A stretch of 64,000 nucleotides of DNA. It comes from Lepidodermella squamata. Taxonomy: Eukaryota > Animalia > Gastrotricha. How positions within the stretch are numbered: the first letter of the stretch is position 1; every line of letters starts with the position of its first letter. Positions 51,624 through 62,412 of this stretch are shown here, piece after piece. Both the position numbers and the translations under genes were made by a program. The stretch is from NCBI GenBank assembly GCA_047495785.1, contig JBLDXI010000028.1, positions 992,001-1,056,000 of the forward strand, given 5' to 3'. The notes beneath the pieces are model-generated. The model was not told where the DNA came from, ran no database searches, and saw nothing but the letters and a program-made list of their open reading frames with translations.

Positions 51624-52068
51624 ACGGGTTGTTTAGCAAGCTTGGATTCAAAATAATCGCCCATTGACAGTTAAAATTGAGAATTTTCGGTAAATTTCGA
51701 AAAATTTCAAAAAATCAATATTTCTCTCAATTTTTTCGGATCGTGCCAACGAAATAGAAATGCTTCCCCACGACGTTTGGCTATAAATTGACCGTATGGC
51801 ACGTCGTCATAAATTAACGAGGGTCAGATGGCGCTATGGAGTAAATTAATTACAACCATGTCTCGATTTGTCAAGGCTTAATCTAATCAAGTCGGGGCGT
51901 GATTAGTCTAAACTGTTTGCCTCTCGAGCTCGGACAGCTCCAGTCTAATTACTTGATTGTTATTTCTGTGTTGCGGAGGTGTTCGAAGAATTGATCACAA
52001 CGTCGAACAATAGCTTTCCGGACACCATAAAAAACGCAACTTAGGCGCCGGCTCCTAATTTGTCATAA

Positions 52069-52960
52069 GGTAGATGGTGACATGCGCCCAGAATTTTGCG
52101 CCCAGCGTGTTTGCGCCCACAAAAATGCGCCCCGACTTTTGCGCCCTGACTACTGCACCCATAAATTTACGCCTTGACATTTGCGCCCCGACTTTTGCGC
52201 CCTTACAGTATGCGCCCTGACATATGCGCCCCGACCTTTGCGCCCAGTGTTCTTTCCGCTTTGCCAATGGCTACTGTTTCATGGTGCTCATATCTGCGAG
52301 ATGTTAGTTAATTTCATGTTACCATGGAGGAGTACAATTTTGAAAGGTAAAAGTTTTTTCCACTACATGGCATACCTGCGGTTGACTTCCTAAAATTCTG
52401 GAAAAATATCTAAAAAATATCTTGGCTCCTGTAGAATACGGCTATCGATTTTGTTTCCCCGATTCGATTCCATTATTGACTGCTGATTTTTTGGAATCGA
52501 ACCTTCGATAACCCTAAAATCACCTCTCTGGATCCCTTCACCTGGGTGGTTTTTTATTAAATATCTGAAAAGTCTAATACAAAAGTCATAAAATGACTGC
52601 GTTTTCCATTAATGAGCACGCTTGAAGGTGCATCGACTTTTCGCCAACACAGAACTATAGAATAAGAAAATAATTTTCAGGTATATCTTCTTTAATCACA
52701 GATCAGGTATTTGGTGAACAGCCAGTTCATATTAGGATTATATGATTAGGAGAACACAGTTTTCTTCCAACAAACAAATCTCGGGGCGCAAGTGTCAGGG
52801 CGCAATTATCAGGGCGTAAAAATACGGGGCGCAAAATTCGGGGCGCAAATGTCAAGGCGCTTGAATCTGGGCGCAAATGTCGGGGCGCAAAAGTCAGAGC
52901 GCATTTTTGTGGGCGCAAACACGCTGGGCGCAAAAAACTGGGCGCATGTAACTACAATTC
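52069..52960. mobile_element. Nested MITE with TTGCGCCC subterminal arrays (Mutator-like)
   Basis: 8-bp duplication TGTCATAA (52061-52068, 52961-52968); inverted repeat arrays. Confidence 0.85.
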
Positions 52961-53040
52961 TGTCATAATCGGTCTCTTGCGTCACAACACCTGTTGCCAC
53001 ACTTACAATAGGCATCGGGGTCGAATTTTTTTGACGGATT

Positions 53041-54376
53041 CGTCGTTTTTACACGACGGAGGGGTACGGAGGCACTCGTTAATTACATCTGTTGCTATCA
53101 TCTATTTAGCGGCTCTGTTAAGACAAATTTTGATTACGCAATTAAATAGTTTCAGAAAATTGAATGTTGATTTTTTCCGAAGCGTCAAGAAAGCAATTTC
53201 AAAAAGAAATTTTTAAAAATATATTTCTTTCTTAATTGGTACTTCAAAGTTATTTTTACTAGTAGCCTCAATTATTATTCGAATATTTCGACACGTTGAA
53301 ATGGAATTTTTGATCAAATTTACAAATTTTGCCATTTGCCAGTCGGAAATTTGATCAGCAAAAGAATATTCGGCTATCAACCTCAACGTCGAAAATTGTT
53401 TAAAATTGCTTCAGGTGATTTAGATAGCCGTCGATTGAGAATTTTGTCCTATTGTAACTCCGGGACACTCCGAGACGTGTTTATAATTTCCTAAAATTAT
53501 TTAGAATTTTAGAAAATTATAAACACGTCCCGGAGTGTCCGGAGTTTGCGCAAACTTTTTTTAATTTTGCAAGTTTTTGGACGCAATTTCGGAAAAAAAT
53601 TCCTAGAGAATATTTGATTCTTCATCCGCGATTTTACCGAATAAATTTAAAATTTTAGCGGAGAAAACCCGAAAAACTCCGATTTTAACTGTTACGGTAA
53701 TTTTGACTAAGGTATTTTACCCGGTTGGACCCCTTTCCCGGTTGGAATTATTGTCAACTCATTGACAAGTGACATACTTGCTTACTATTCTCATGACATT
53801 TTGAATTTTTCTAAGATTTTTCTGCCCATGCGATATGAATTTACGTCGCATTTTAGATATTCGTCAACTATTTATCCCTGTGTTTCTATGTTTGATTATG
53901 GCTTATAGTACACGGTTCATTGCCTATAGGGTGATTAATCGTCACCAATTTAAAAAAAATATGAAAAACGAAAACATCGCCGCGGCCTTCAAGAATAGCA
54001 TTACGTGACTCATATTGACGGTAAATACAAATTTTGATCACATTTGATAGTCAAAATATTCTTTACTTCGGTGACATTCAAAAAATGATTTTTTGTTTTT
54101 CCATGGCTTAAATTTCGAGGGCCATAACCACGATAATTGATTTTCAGGTGGCTTAAGTTGATGCAAACCCAGCCTAATAATGCTTTATGTACTATCGACT
54201 GATTTTTCCCTGAAAAAATAACGGCGGGATTTTTATGCTGAAAACAAATTAAACATTAAAAATTTGCTTTTTCGTGAAAGCTCAGTTGCGTAATCAAACC
54301 AGAGCCTCGAAATAGGGGTGGCAACTGATGGCATTAACGAACGCCTCCGTAACCCTCCGCTATTGTAAAAACGACG
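53041..54376. mobile_element. Nested inverted-repeat element without a target duplication
   Basis: CGTCGTTTTTACA...TGTAAAAACGACG with about 40-bp imperfect inverted repeats; internal hairpin at 53457-53546. Confidence 0.75.
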
Positions 54377-54770
54377 ACTGAGGTCCCTGTCAAAAAAAAT
54401 CGGGCCGGGACCCCTCAGGTGAGTAGATATCGGGCCTCGAAAAAAAGTAAACGAAATTATGACACATTAGGTCACTTTACCCTAGTCATTTTTCATCAGA
54501 ATTTCGTAAAAAAAAATTGCACACAAGTCACTATGCCCGACACTGAAGTATTTTTTGTTTGGCCGATTGATGAAGTGACGACACCTTGATTTAAGATTAG
54601 AAAAAGTCGAAATTTCAAGGAGATTTCACACTTCGGTTGTCAAATTCATCAAACTGAAATTTTGGAGCACTGTCGAAGTCGAAATTCCGAAATTGCCCTT
54701 CCCGCCGTGAAAGGGTTAAAAGGTATGTATTAGAAGATTTAAGCTTATACGGCATAGGCTTAAGGCTTAA

Positions 54771-55123
54771 GGCTATACGGAATAAGCGATATTTTCAATT
54801 GCCATATAGTGGCCGAACCGTAAGGGTCGCTATGGATCATCATATATCAATCGATCGCTGTAATCAAGGAATTTCGATTAATGTCCGATCGAATTCCACG
54901 CGGTACATTCAGGGTGACGTTTTTGGCCAAAAGACGCGAATGTTGCGCATTTCATTCAACTTCGAAGGCAAAATCATATTCCCAAAAGTCCACGCGGAAT
55001 TCGATCGGGCACCTATCGATTGCCCTTGATTACAGCAACCAATTGATGTATGATGATCCATAGTGACCCTCACGGCTCACGGTTCGGCAATTATTTCGGT
55101 GATAATGCTCATACCCTAAGGCT
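54771..55123. mobile_element. Old PIF/Harbinger-like MITE upstream of the fusion gene
   Basis: 54811-54875 is an inverted copy of 55020-55090; TAA at both ends; only the right half survives in unit 1 (38430-38530). Confidence 0.55.
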
Positions 55124-55281
55124 TAAATCCCCTATAGGCGTACAACTAGCCCTCTTAACGAAATAATCATTAGTGCTGACAGAAGGAGTTGGATTTTTGG
55201 CGAGTTTTATTAATTGAATTATATTTCATTCTTCACAGGCATATAATAGCAAGAAAAAGTACCTGCCTGACTAATTCAAAA

Positions 55282-56655
55282 ATGTTTGCCGGGTTGTTAG
55301 GAAAGTCTTCTCCACTGCTAGAATCAGAAAAGAGGACATGGAATGAACATAGTCTGGAATTTGATGCTCAATCGCGTTCCGCGAATCTGCCCTTGATCGC
55401 AAATTTCGGCTATGACAGTGAAAACAAGGTTTACAAGGCAGTTCAACTATGTTATACGGTGGCTAGTTATATGGGTATTACTTATCAGCATTGGTTTATT
55501 ACTGATGGCGTTAATTACGTTGAATTCGGTTCCGCCGCCTTGGATTACTCCACAGCAAGAGTCAACATCAACACCCTTCCACATGGCGAATTTATTATTC
55601 CGAAAGAGGAAAGCATGGATGAAGCAAAACGCGAGCGCTTACGGCATGTCATAGGGATGAAGAACTACTCACTTTGCCTTCGAAATTGCGAGCATGTTGC
55701 CAATTACATCTTTAATGGGCATTGGTACAGCTCTCAGCTGGCCGAAAATGGCGCTTTGATGCGATTCTTTCGTAACTGTTTCGCCGGTGATTCTAGACTG
55801 TTGATAAATTCGTTTCCTTCAAGTATTCGTCCTCATGTGTTTTCGAAAGAGAAAAAGCAACCCGTGTATACTTTCATCACGACATCTTTCAATGCTAACC
55901 GATTCAACTATCACTTGGATGAAACAGCTAAAACATTCAATGTTGCGGTGATCGGCCCCACTGGCGCAGGAAAATCTCGACTCATCAATGTGTTGTTTAA
56001 TCACGAAAACTTGTGTAAAAGTGAAGGATCCTTCAAATCTGTCACTCGCGATGTCTATTTCATCTCCGGCACTGGCGTAGTCACGGAATATGAAGGCAAC
56101 AATCCTGAGGGAGAGGCAAGACTTAAAGGTCGACAGGTTATAGTTGCTGATACCGTGGGACTATGTAACACCGACTGTTCAGATGAGCAAGTTATGCAGT
56201 TGGTTAAAGGAAGAATTCAGGCCAACATGCGTTACCTTGATGTTGTAATCATTGTTTTTAAAGGCCAGGTCCGAATGGAGCAACAGCATATTAGAAACAT
56301 TAAACAAGTGCTGGAATGGTTGCATTACAAAGAGGGTGACAATTGGATGAGGTTTTTGTTCATTGGTACTCACACAGAGAATTGTAACCAGGAAGCAATT
56401 GAGCGCCTACGCAGTCAATTCATGGAAATATTCGAGATTCCGAAGGAGAAAACTTGTCGATTTGCCGAGCGTTTGGTGGCAGCAGGCGAGGGCTGGACTG
56501 AAAGTAAAATCGAGGGCCAGAATACAGTAATCTTCTCCGGATTTCCACCTGAGGACTCAGTTAGCGTTGGCGCCCTTCGACGTGTCCACAACGATTGGTT
56601 ACGAATAAGAAAGATTTTTTGTTATGCAGGACTGAGTGCTCCACTGAAAGTATGA
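55282..56655 (+). CDS. LRAT/PLAAT-like plus GIMAP/AIG1-like GTPase fusion, copy 2 (no CaaX)
   Basis: ATG at 55282 aligns with the copy 1 start; YQHWF, NCEHV, GPTGAGKS, DTVG and THTE all retained; ends SAPLKV*. Confidence 0.85.
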   Translation: MFAGLLGKSSPLLESEKRTWNEHSLEFDAQSRSANLPLIANFGYDSENKVYKAVQLCYTVASYMGITYQHWFITDGVNYVEFGSAALDYSTARVNINTLPHGEFIIPKEESMDEAKRERLRHVIGMKNYSLCLRNCEHVANYIFNGHWYSSQLAENGALMRFFRNCFAGDSRLLINSFPSSIRPHVFSKEKKQPVYTFITTSFNANRFNYHLDETAKTFNVAVIGPTGAGKSRLINVLFNHENLCKSEGSFKSVTRDVYFISGTGVVTEYEGNNPEGEARLKGRQVIVADTVGLCNTDCSDEQVMQLVKGRIQANMRYLDVVIIVFKGQVRMEQQHIRNIKQVLEWLHYKEGDNWMRFLFIGTHTENCNQEAIERLRSQFMEIFEIPKEKTCRFAERLVAAGEGWTESKIEGQNTVIFSGFPPEDSVSVGALRRVHNDWLRIRKIFCYAGLSAPLKV

Positions 56656-57870
56656 AAACATAACTATTGGGACGAATAAAATTCAATTTTGTTGGTCAAA
56701 AATCAAATATTTGTCTGTAACTTTGCAAAATTACAACCAAGTCGATTTTCTATAATTTTATTAGCTGGATCGACAACAATAAACCACATTCTCTGCGCAG
56801 AATTTTGCAAGGCCAAATCGCAAATGTTGTTCATTTCGATCAAGTAATCGTGCATTAGAGCATTTAACGAATAACTAAGTCAAAATGAACAACTGTCAAG
56901 TGCCGGGCGAAAAAAATTGACCCCGCTGCGGGGAGACATTTTTCTTCCGCTCTTGTGTGTTTTGGACGGTCAGTTCGGTCAGTGTTAAGTGCACATGACG
57001 CAAACAGGAAATCACAAAAATTGCGATTTGGTGTTGCAAACTTACCCATTTCAAGCCGGGCCCTAACAGACGTTATCTGGATTGCATGATTTCTGAAGCC
57101 GGATAACAACAATATTCGGTTGTTATCGGTTGTCGTAGATGGATATTGGTCCTTCAGCCCACTCCAGCCTTCGCCTCGTTTTTCATCGTTATATCCAACT
57201 ATGATATACTTATGACTTATGATATATATACACCGATCCCCCGTATATGGGAGTTATCCGGCGACATATATCGTTAAATCTGGATATTGTTTAATACATA
57301 ATATCACTCAGCTACCCCACAGATCCACCAGCTATCCCGCAAGCTACAACAATCCCACAATCCCACAGATTGTGGGACTTGTGATAGGGAACAATCCCAC
57401 ATAGGGAACAATCCCACAGATCCCGCAAGGATGTGGGAAGAATTTAGACGTTTGGTGTTGCAATAATAAATAATAATAATAATGGTTTTATTTAGTCCTC
57501 CTCTCGACTAAGCATCTATACCGTAAAAACGGTTTTGAGGAGGGCGAAGGCAGGCGAAAGATGGAAATCACCCACCCCCACAGTTGAAGATTCTACTTTT
57601 TCCAAAAAATTCATAATCATTCATTGAGTCAACAATGTTGCGCCATTCGATTTTATCAAAAGATAGTAATTCAGTCAATTGCAGATCAGGAATAATTTTA
57701 ATTTCAAATTTATTCTCTTTTTCGCCGGATTTTTTATTTTTAGCTGGCTTTTTGCCTTTCTGATTTTTGGGTTGTCTTTTCTTCATTGGTGTTGCAAATT
57801 GAGCCATTTTAACGTTTGGTGTTGCAAACTACCTTTTGGTGAATTAAGCTTCATTTTGGTGATCTAAATA

Positions 57871-58257
57871 CAGTAGAAATTGGTTATAGTGAACGCTCTC
57901 TGTGCCATCAAAATCGTTCACTATGTCGATTGTTCATTATAGCGATAGTCAACCTAGGTCAGGACCCATACCAAATTTTTAATTTTACCTGACAATTTTA
58001 CAAGTCATAGCTTCCAAGCTATCTTAATGAGTTTGAATTAGCTTCAAAGGGCGCAATTTCCTCAACAATCTTGAAAATTGAAAAATTTTCGCCATGGACT
58101 TGCTCATTTTCAATGAAAAAATGATTTTTTGACTAAAAACCGGCTAAAATTGTCGACCGTTCACTGTACCGATAGTAAATTACTAGCGAAAATAGGGTTT
58201 GGAGCCAAGGAAAACCGTTCACTATAGCGGTCGTTCACTATATGTGTTCACTATATG
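57871..58257. mobile_element. Truncated Tigger/pogo-like MITE
   Basis: TA|CAGTAGAAATTGGTTATAGTGAACG left end; inverted CGTTCACTATA repeats on the right. Confidence 0.55.
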
Positions 58258-58301
58258 TTTTTCGACACCAAATTACTTCTCTGGCAATGAATTACCCTAT
58301 A

Positions 58302-58489
58302 CAGTGGAACCCCGATTTCCCGTCACCTGATTTCCCGTCTGACGGGAAATCGCGATATGTAAATATTTACGAGCGACTTGGACCCGCAGAGGGCAATTAC
58401 ACGCAAAACTACCTAGATTTCCCGTCAATTTGAATTTTCCGTCAGGATTTTCGTGGAACCGCAGAAGACTGGAAATCGGGGTGCCACTG
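58302..58489. mobile_element. Tigger/pogo-like MITE
   Basis: TA|CAGTGGAACCCCGATTTCC...GGAAATCGGGGTGCCACTG|TA. Confidence 0.85.
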
Positions 58490-59018
58490 TACTTTAGTAA
58501 AGTATTTTTTGACAGAATCCGCTGATGTCACGGCAGATGTGACATCAGCGGAGGGAGGGGTGAGGGGTGAAAAAATGACTTTTTAGCCGGACGTCTTTTA
58601 TGGTTGCTCCCATTACATTTCATCGATCCAACTTTTCGTTTCGAAATCGGCAGCGCCCGCCGATGTCGAAGCTCAGAAGAAGCGTCATTACGAGCCGTGC
58701 GTCTCGACGCTTCAGAGACGATGCTATCTCGAATCATTCGAGGTATTGGGACTTATGGTCGGTGCTCGTGCTGGCACCGTTCCCGTCAATTTTTCTATTA
58801 TCTAAACCGCCTTGAGCAGCCAACAGTTACTGCCCATGACATCGTGATCTTCGTGATCAAAGACTCATGAGATCTGCGTTGAGAAATGAATAAATAAAAC
58901 CACATTGAAAGTGCGAACTTTTTATTGCTCAATATCATCGGTAAAAAATCAAGGTGATACAAAACATAACTAAAAATGAACGTGCATCAAATATCAAACG
59001 AATTTTAATAAGAAGCTT

Positions 59019-59745
59019 TTATTTTACTGAGACAGGATTAGGCTGAGATTGGCGAGTGAAAGCTAAAAATTCGCGTCTGCTTTCAATGGCCTGGTCAGTC
59101 CAGCATAGCTCCATCAAAAGCTCCGTTCGAGTCCGTTCCAAATCTTGGCGAGACCATTTTGAAAAATCACAGTTATGCAGATCAACCAAGCGGTCATTAT
59201 CGGCTTTGGTCGGGGATTTCGGCGAAATCGGTCGACTGTGGCATTTAACGTGGGCAGCAGGCGTTTGAGTCGAAATTTCATTTTTCAATGGCGTTAAATG
59301 ACATTGAATCGATTCGTCGAATTGTTCGTGGAATGAAGTTTGCATCACAGCGTCGAATAATATCGGCTGAGTAGGTTCGATTTCGCATTGAATCGCGAAT
59401 TCTGAACTGACCCTAGTCACCTTTTCATCCTTGGCAGGAATTTTGGGGGTAGGAGTTGATCGGCGGTGAGATTCGCCGAATTGCACTTCGAATGACAGCG
59501 AATTTCGCCAGAAAATCGAACATCCTGGGTTCATTGCTAAGACCAATTTCGAAAATTCCTCATCAGCAGCAGCTATCCTTCGTAAAACAAGCCATCGGCG
59601 AGCGATTGCCTGAATAGGAAACTTCAAGATTAATTTTGCTAAGTTTAGAAATGCCTACCTGAGTCTTGATAATTTTGGGTACGTTTTCAAGGTAGAATTG
59701 GTAATTATTCAAAACAAAAGGCAGCAGCACATGTTGAACCACCAT
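59019..59745 (-). CDS. IQCC: IQ domain-containing protein C-like, 2 exons
   Basis: Exons 59745-59659 and 59609-59019 give the IQ motif IIKTQAIARRWLVLRR; C-terminal LLMELCWTDQAIESRREFL matches the conserved IQCC motif. Confidence 0.75.
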
Positions 59746-60029
59746 CCCTAAATCAAGTGGATGAATGAATAAATTTCACGTGCCAAAAGAGGTGTGTGCA
59801 GTGCATTTCCAGTCCGATTTTATTTGATATAAACAACGCTTTTTATACCACACTTGGTGCTCGGTAGAACTAGATTATAATAAAGCGTAAATTTTTCATT
59901 CTCAAGGTTTTCAACCTATCAGAAGATCGCAACTTTGTGTCTGAACCGGCGATGAAATCAAACGTTTACAACGGAATGATGATGATAATGAGTCATTTCA
60001 GGGGCGAGAAAAATTGCAATTGAATTTTT

Positions 60030-61076
60030 TCACTTGAAGCTCATAGCTTGGATCATTGAGCCAAGCGATTGATGAATGTTGTCCGACAACATGTGATCAA
60101 CGCAATCTTCCAGGTGACGCTTCGGGTCCATGCGACCAACGTTGCGAAGGGCCAACTTCTCCGCAGAAAGTTTCTCCTCCTCTTCGATGTACTAGAAGTC
60201 AGAAAAGCAAAATTAGGAGGTGCGCTGTAATAGATAAAAAATTACCTTGGTATAGCTCTTAGCCAAGGCAAGCATCTCAGCCATTTTGCCTTCATTAGCA
60301 TGGCTGTGTTCGGTGAAGTCTTGCAGCCTAACGCCGTCCGCCCATGTTTTCTTGTGTAAATTGAGCAGCATTTTCTGTTCCAGCTCGCTCTTACGGTAGT
60401 TGATAGCAATTGAGTAGTAGTGCCTGTTCAAGCCATGGATCAGCGCCTGAACTGAGGGCTTGTTGAGATGGCCCAAGTTAGACGTGGTTTGGCGCGGCTC
60501 TTGGCCCAGGACCAGGGTGTTTGGGTTGATGAGACGGAACGCGTCGATGACAACCTTGCCCTTGACTGACTGGATCGGATCGACGACAACGGCTACTGCG
60601 CGTTCTGACAGAGCTTCGAAGCTCTGTTGCGTGTTGATATCGACGCCGGAGAGCCAGCAGCCGAAGCCAGGGTGAGAGTGGTACCAGCCGACGACCATTT
60701 CAGACCGGCCGGTTTGTTTGAGCATGTCTAACATCTTGGCTTGGAAAACAGGGTCGACGGCTTCGACACTGACGCCAGTACCACTTTGCGGCATAGCGAA
60801 GACGTCGATGACGCGGACGGTGTACTCGTCGACGAATTCGCCGAGCATGAGACCCATGACTTCCATTGGAACACCAGCGCGGCCGTGTTTCAACATCTTG
60901 AGGAGCGCAAGAGATGAAATGTATACTTGCTCGGCCGTATCGACCATGGGGCCATCAGCAGGAGGAAGGCCACCCTAAAATCGAAAAATTAATGTTTGAA
61001 AGAGAGAAGCATTAATAGTTACCTGACCGAGGCCAGCCAAGTTGCCCAAACCTAGACGCAATAATCTATCCGCCAT
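60030..61076 (-). CDS. PSMD14: 26S proteasome deubiquitinase Rpn11, 3 exons
   Basis: Exons 61076-61023, 60974-60246, 60191-60030; [40 protein letters not shown] and JAMM motif [16 protein letters not shown]. Confidence 0.98.
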
Positions 61077-62412
61077 TACAGTTAGACAATAATAAAATAC
61101 TTGATAAGATTCTATGCAAGAATTATATGTTTAGTGTTTAGTTCACCGATGTTGCATATCCCACATTGCTATTCGAGCTGCGCAAGAGAAAAAAGAAATG
61201 AACAATTCAAGCGTTGTATTAGCCAAAACTGCATTTCACTCCGATAATATCATCTAAAATGATAAATCCACCACTCTGGAACCTCTATAAGGACAACAGC
61301 AGCGGCCTCAAAACATCAGTTCAAGTGACTTCAATAGCAGATACTTATCTAGAAGTAAAGTGGTCTCACTGATGTTTCTCTAAGAGTAGAGCTTTTACTG
61401 GGAGCAACTTCCTCTAGGAGACGATAGCTCTGGGCTCTGGGAGTAACGCTACTTAATGCTTGGAGCAGAAGTTTCTTATGAGTATTTCGCTCTAGGAGTA
61501 GCTCTCATGGGACGAATTCCAAATCGGCCAAATATTCGCCTTTTCAAAAGTTCACAACTAGGTAATAGGTAAGTATTTTGCTTTCCTCATTACTGAAATA
61601 ATGGATTTGCACCGGACACATGCCCCGAAAACGTTTTCCCATAGTACTGAAGTTATGTCTTGGTGGGATTTTCCCATGGGAACCTCAGGAAGATCGAATA
61701 GGGAGATCGAGCTCGCGCATATTTCAAGCATATTTCTAGTTATCTAGAACTAGAGAAATAGCATCCCCAACCAAGAATGAGGTCCCGGAATGAGGACTTT
61801 TGAACCTCCTGCTGGGTTGCTTATCGTTTTTCATTTAAATTGAGGAAGCAAGATCAAATACTCCAAGCTCATTACTCCACAGTAGGCCATTCGAGCATTA
61901 TATGTGACAATAGGAAGAGCAACAAAAGCAAAAAAACAGATGTCGCAGGTTGAAAACTTCAAAAAAAGTTCAAATCGAAAAATCGCGGCAAAATTCGATT
62001 CAAAAGTATTTGATATTTATTAAGCAATATTATGCCAAATTTAACCATTTTAATTGCAAAAGCTAAAAGGTAATTTCCAGGTTTTATTTTAGGATCGACG
62101 ATTTTTTTCTGCAACGTGCCTCTTTTCCTTGTTTTTTGTTGGGGGTTACCTTCGTCACGCAGTGGGTGGATGAAAACGGAGGCATGCGTCTCCAACCGGA
62201 ATGATTGCTGCGGTTTCAAAGATTTTTCAACAATTTTCAATTTTGAAATTTGAATTTCAGATGCAAGCAGGTCTCGTTTTGATATATTGGGTGTTTTGTT
62301 CCTCTGTGAACTCATAAATTTGGGTTGATTTGCTATGAACATTGTAATTGTAACTTAAACCATCCTGAATTATTTGCATTCTCAATTCCATAGTGTTTTC
62401 TTTTTGTTGGTC

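Larger units (their letters stand above)
48444..54482. mobile_element. Long-TIR MITE (TA target) hosting five nested insertions
   Basis: GGGTAAAGTGACCTAATG... inverted repeats over 100 bp with TA duplication; empty site GGAGTAGTCAT in unit 1 at about 37715. Confidence 0.9.
36700..56800 (+). repeat. Tandem segmental duplication: unit 1 about 36700-46800, unit 2 about 47473-56800
   Basis: Colinear blocks 37034-37560 with 47481-48400, 37706-37840 with 48434/54483-54597, and 38430-40040 with 55020-56647. Each unit carries private transposon insertions. Confidence 0.85.

Noticed and set aside
61959-62342. 127-aa ORF between PSMD14 and FOXRED1
   Set aside because: AT-rich, starts at a non-ATG codon, has no motif, and lies in probable promoter or intron sequence.
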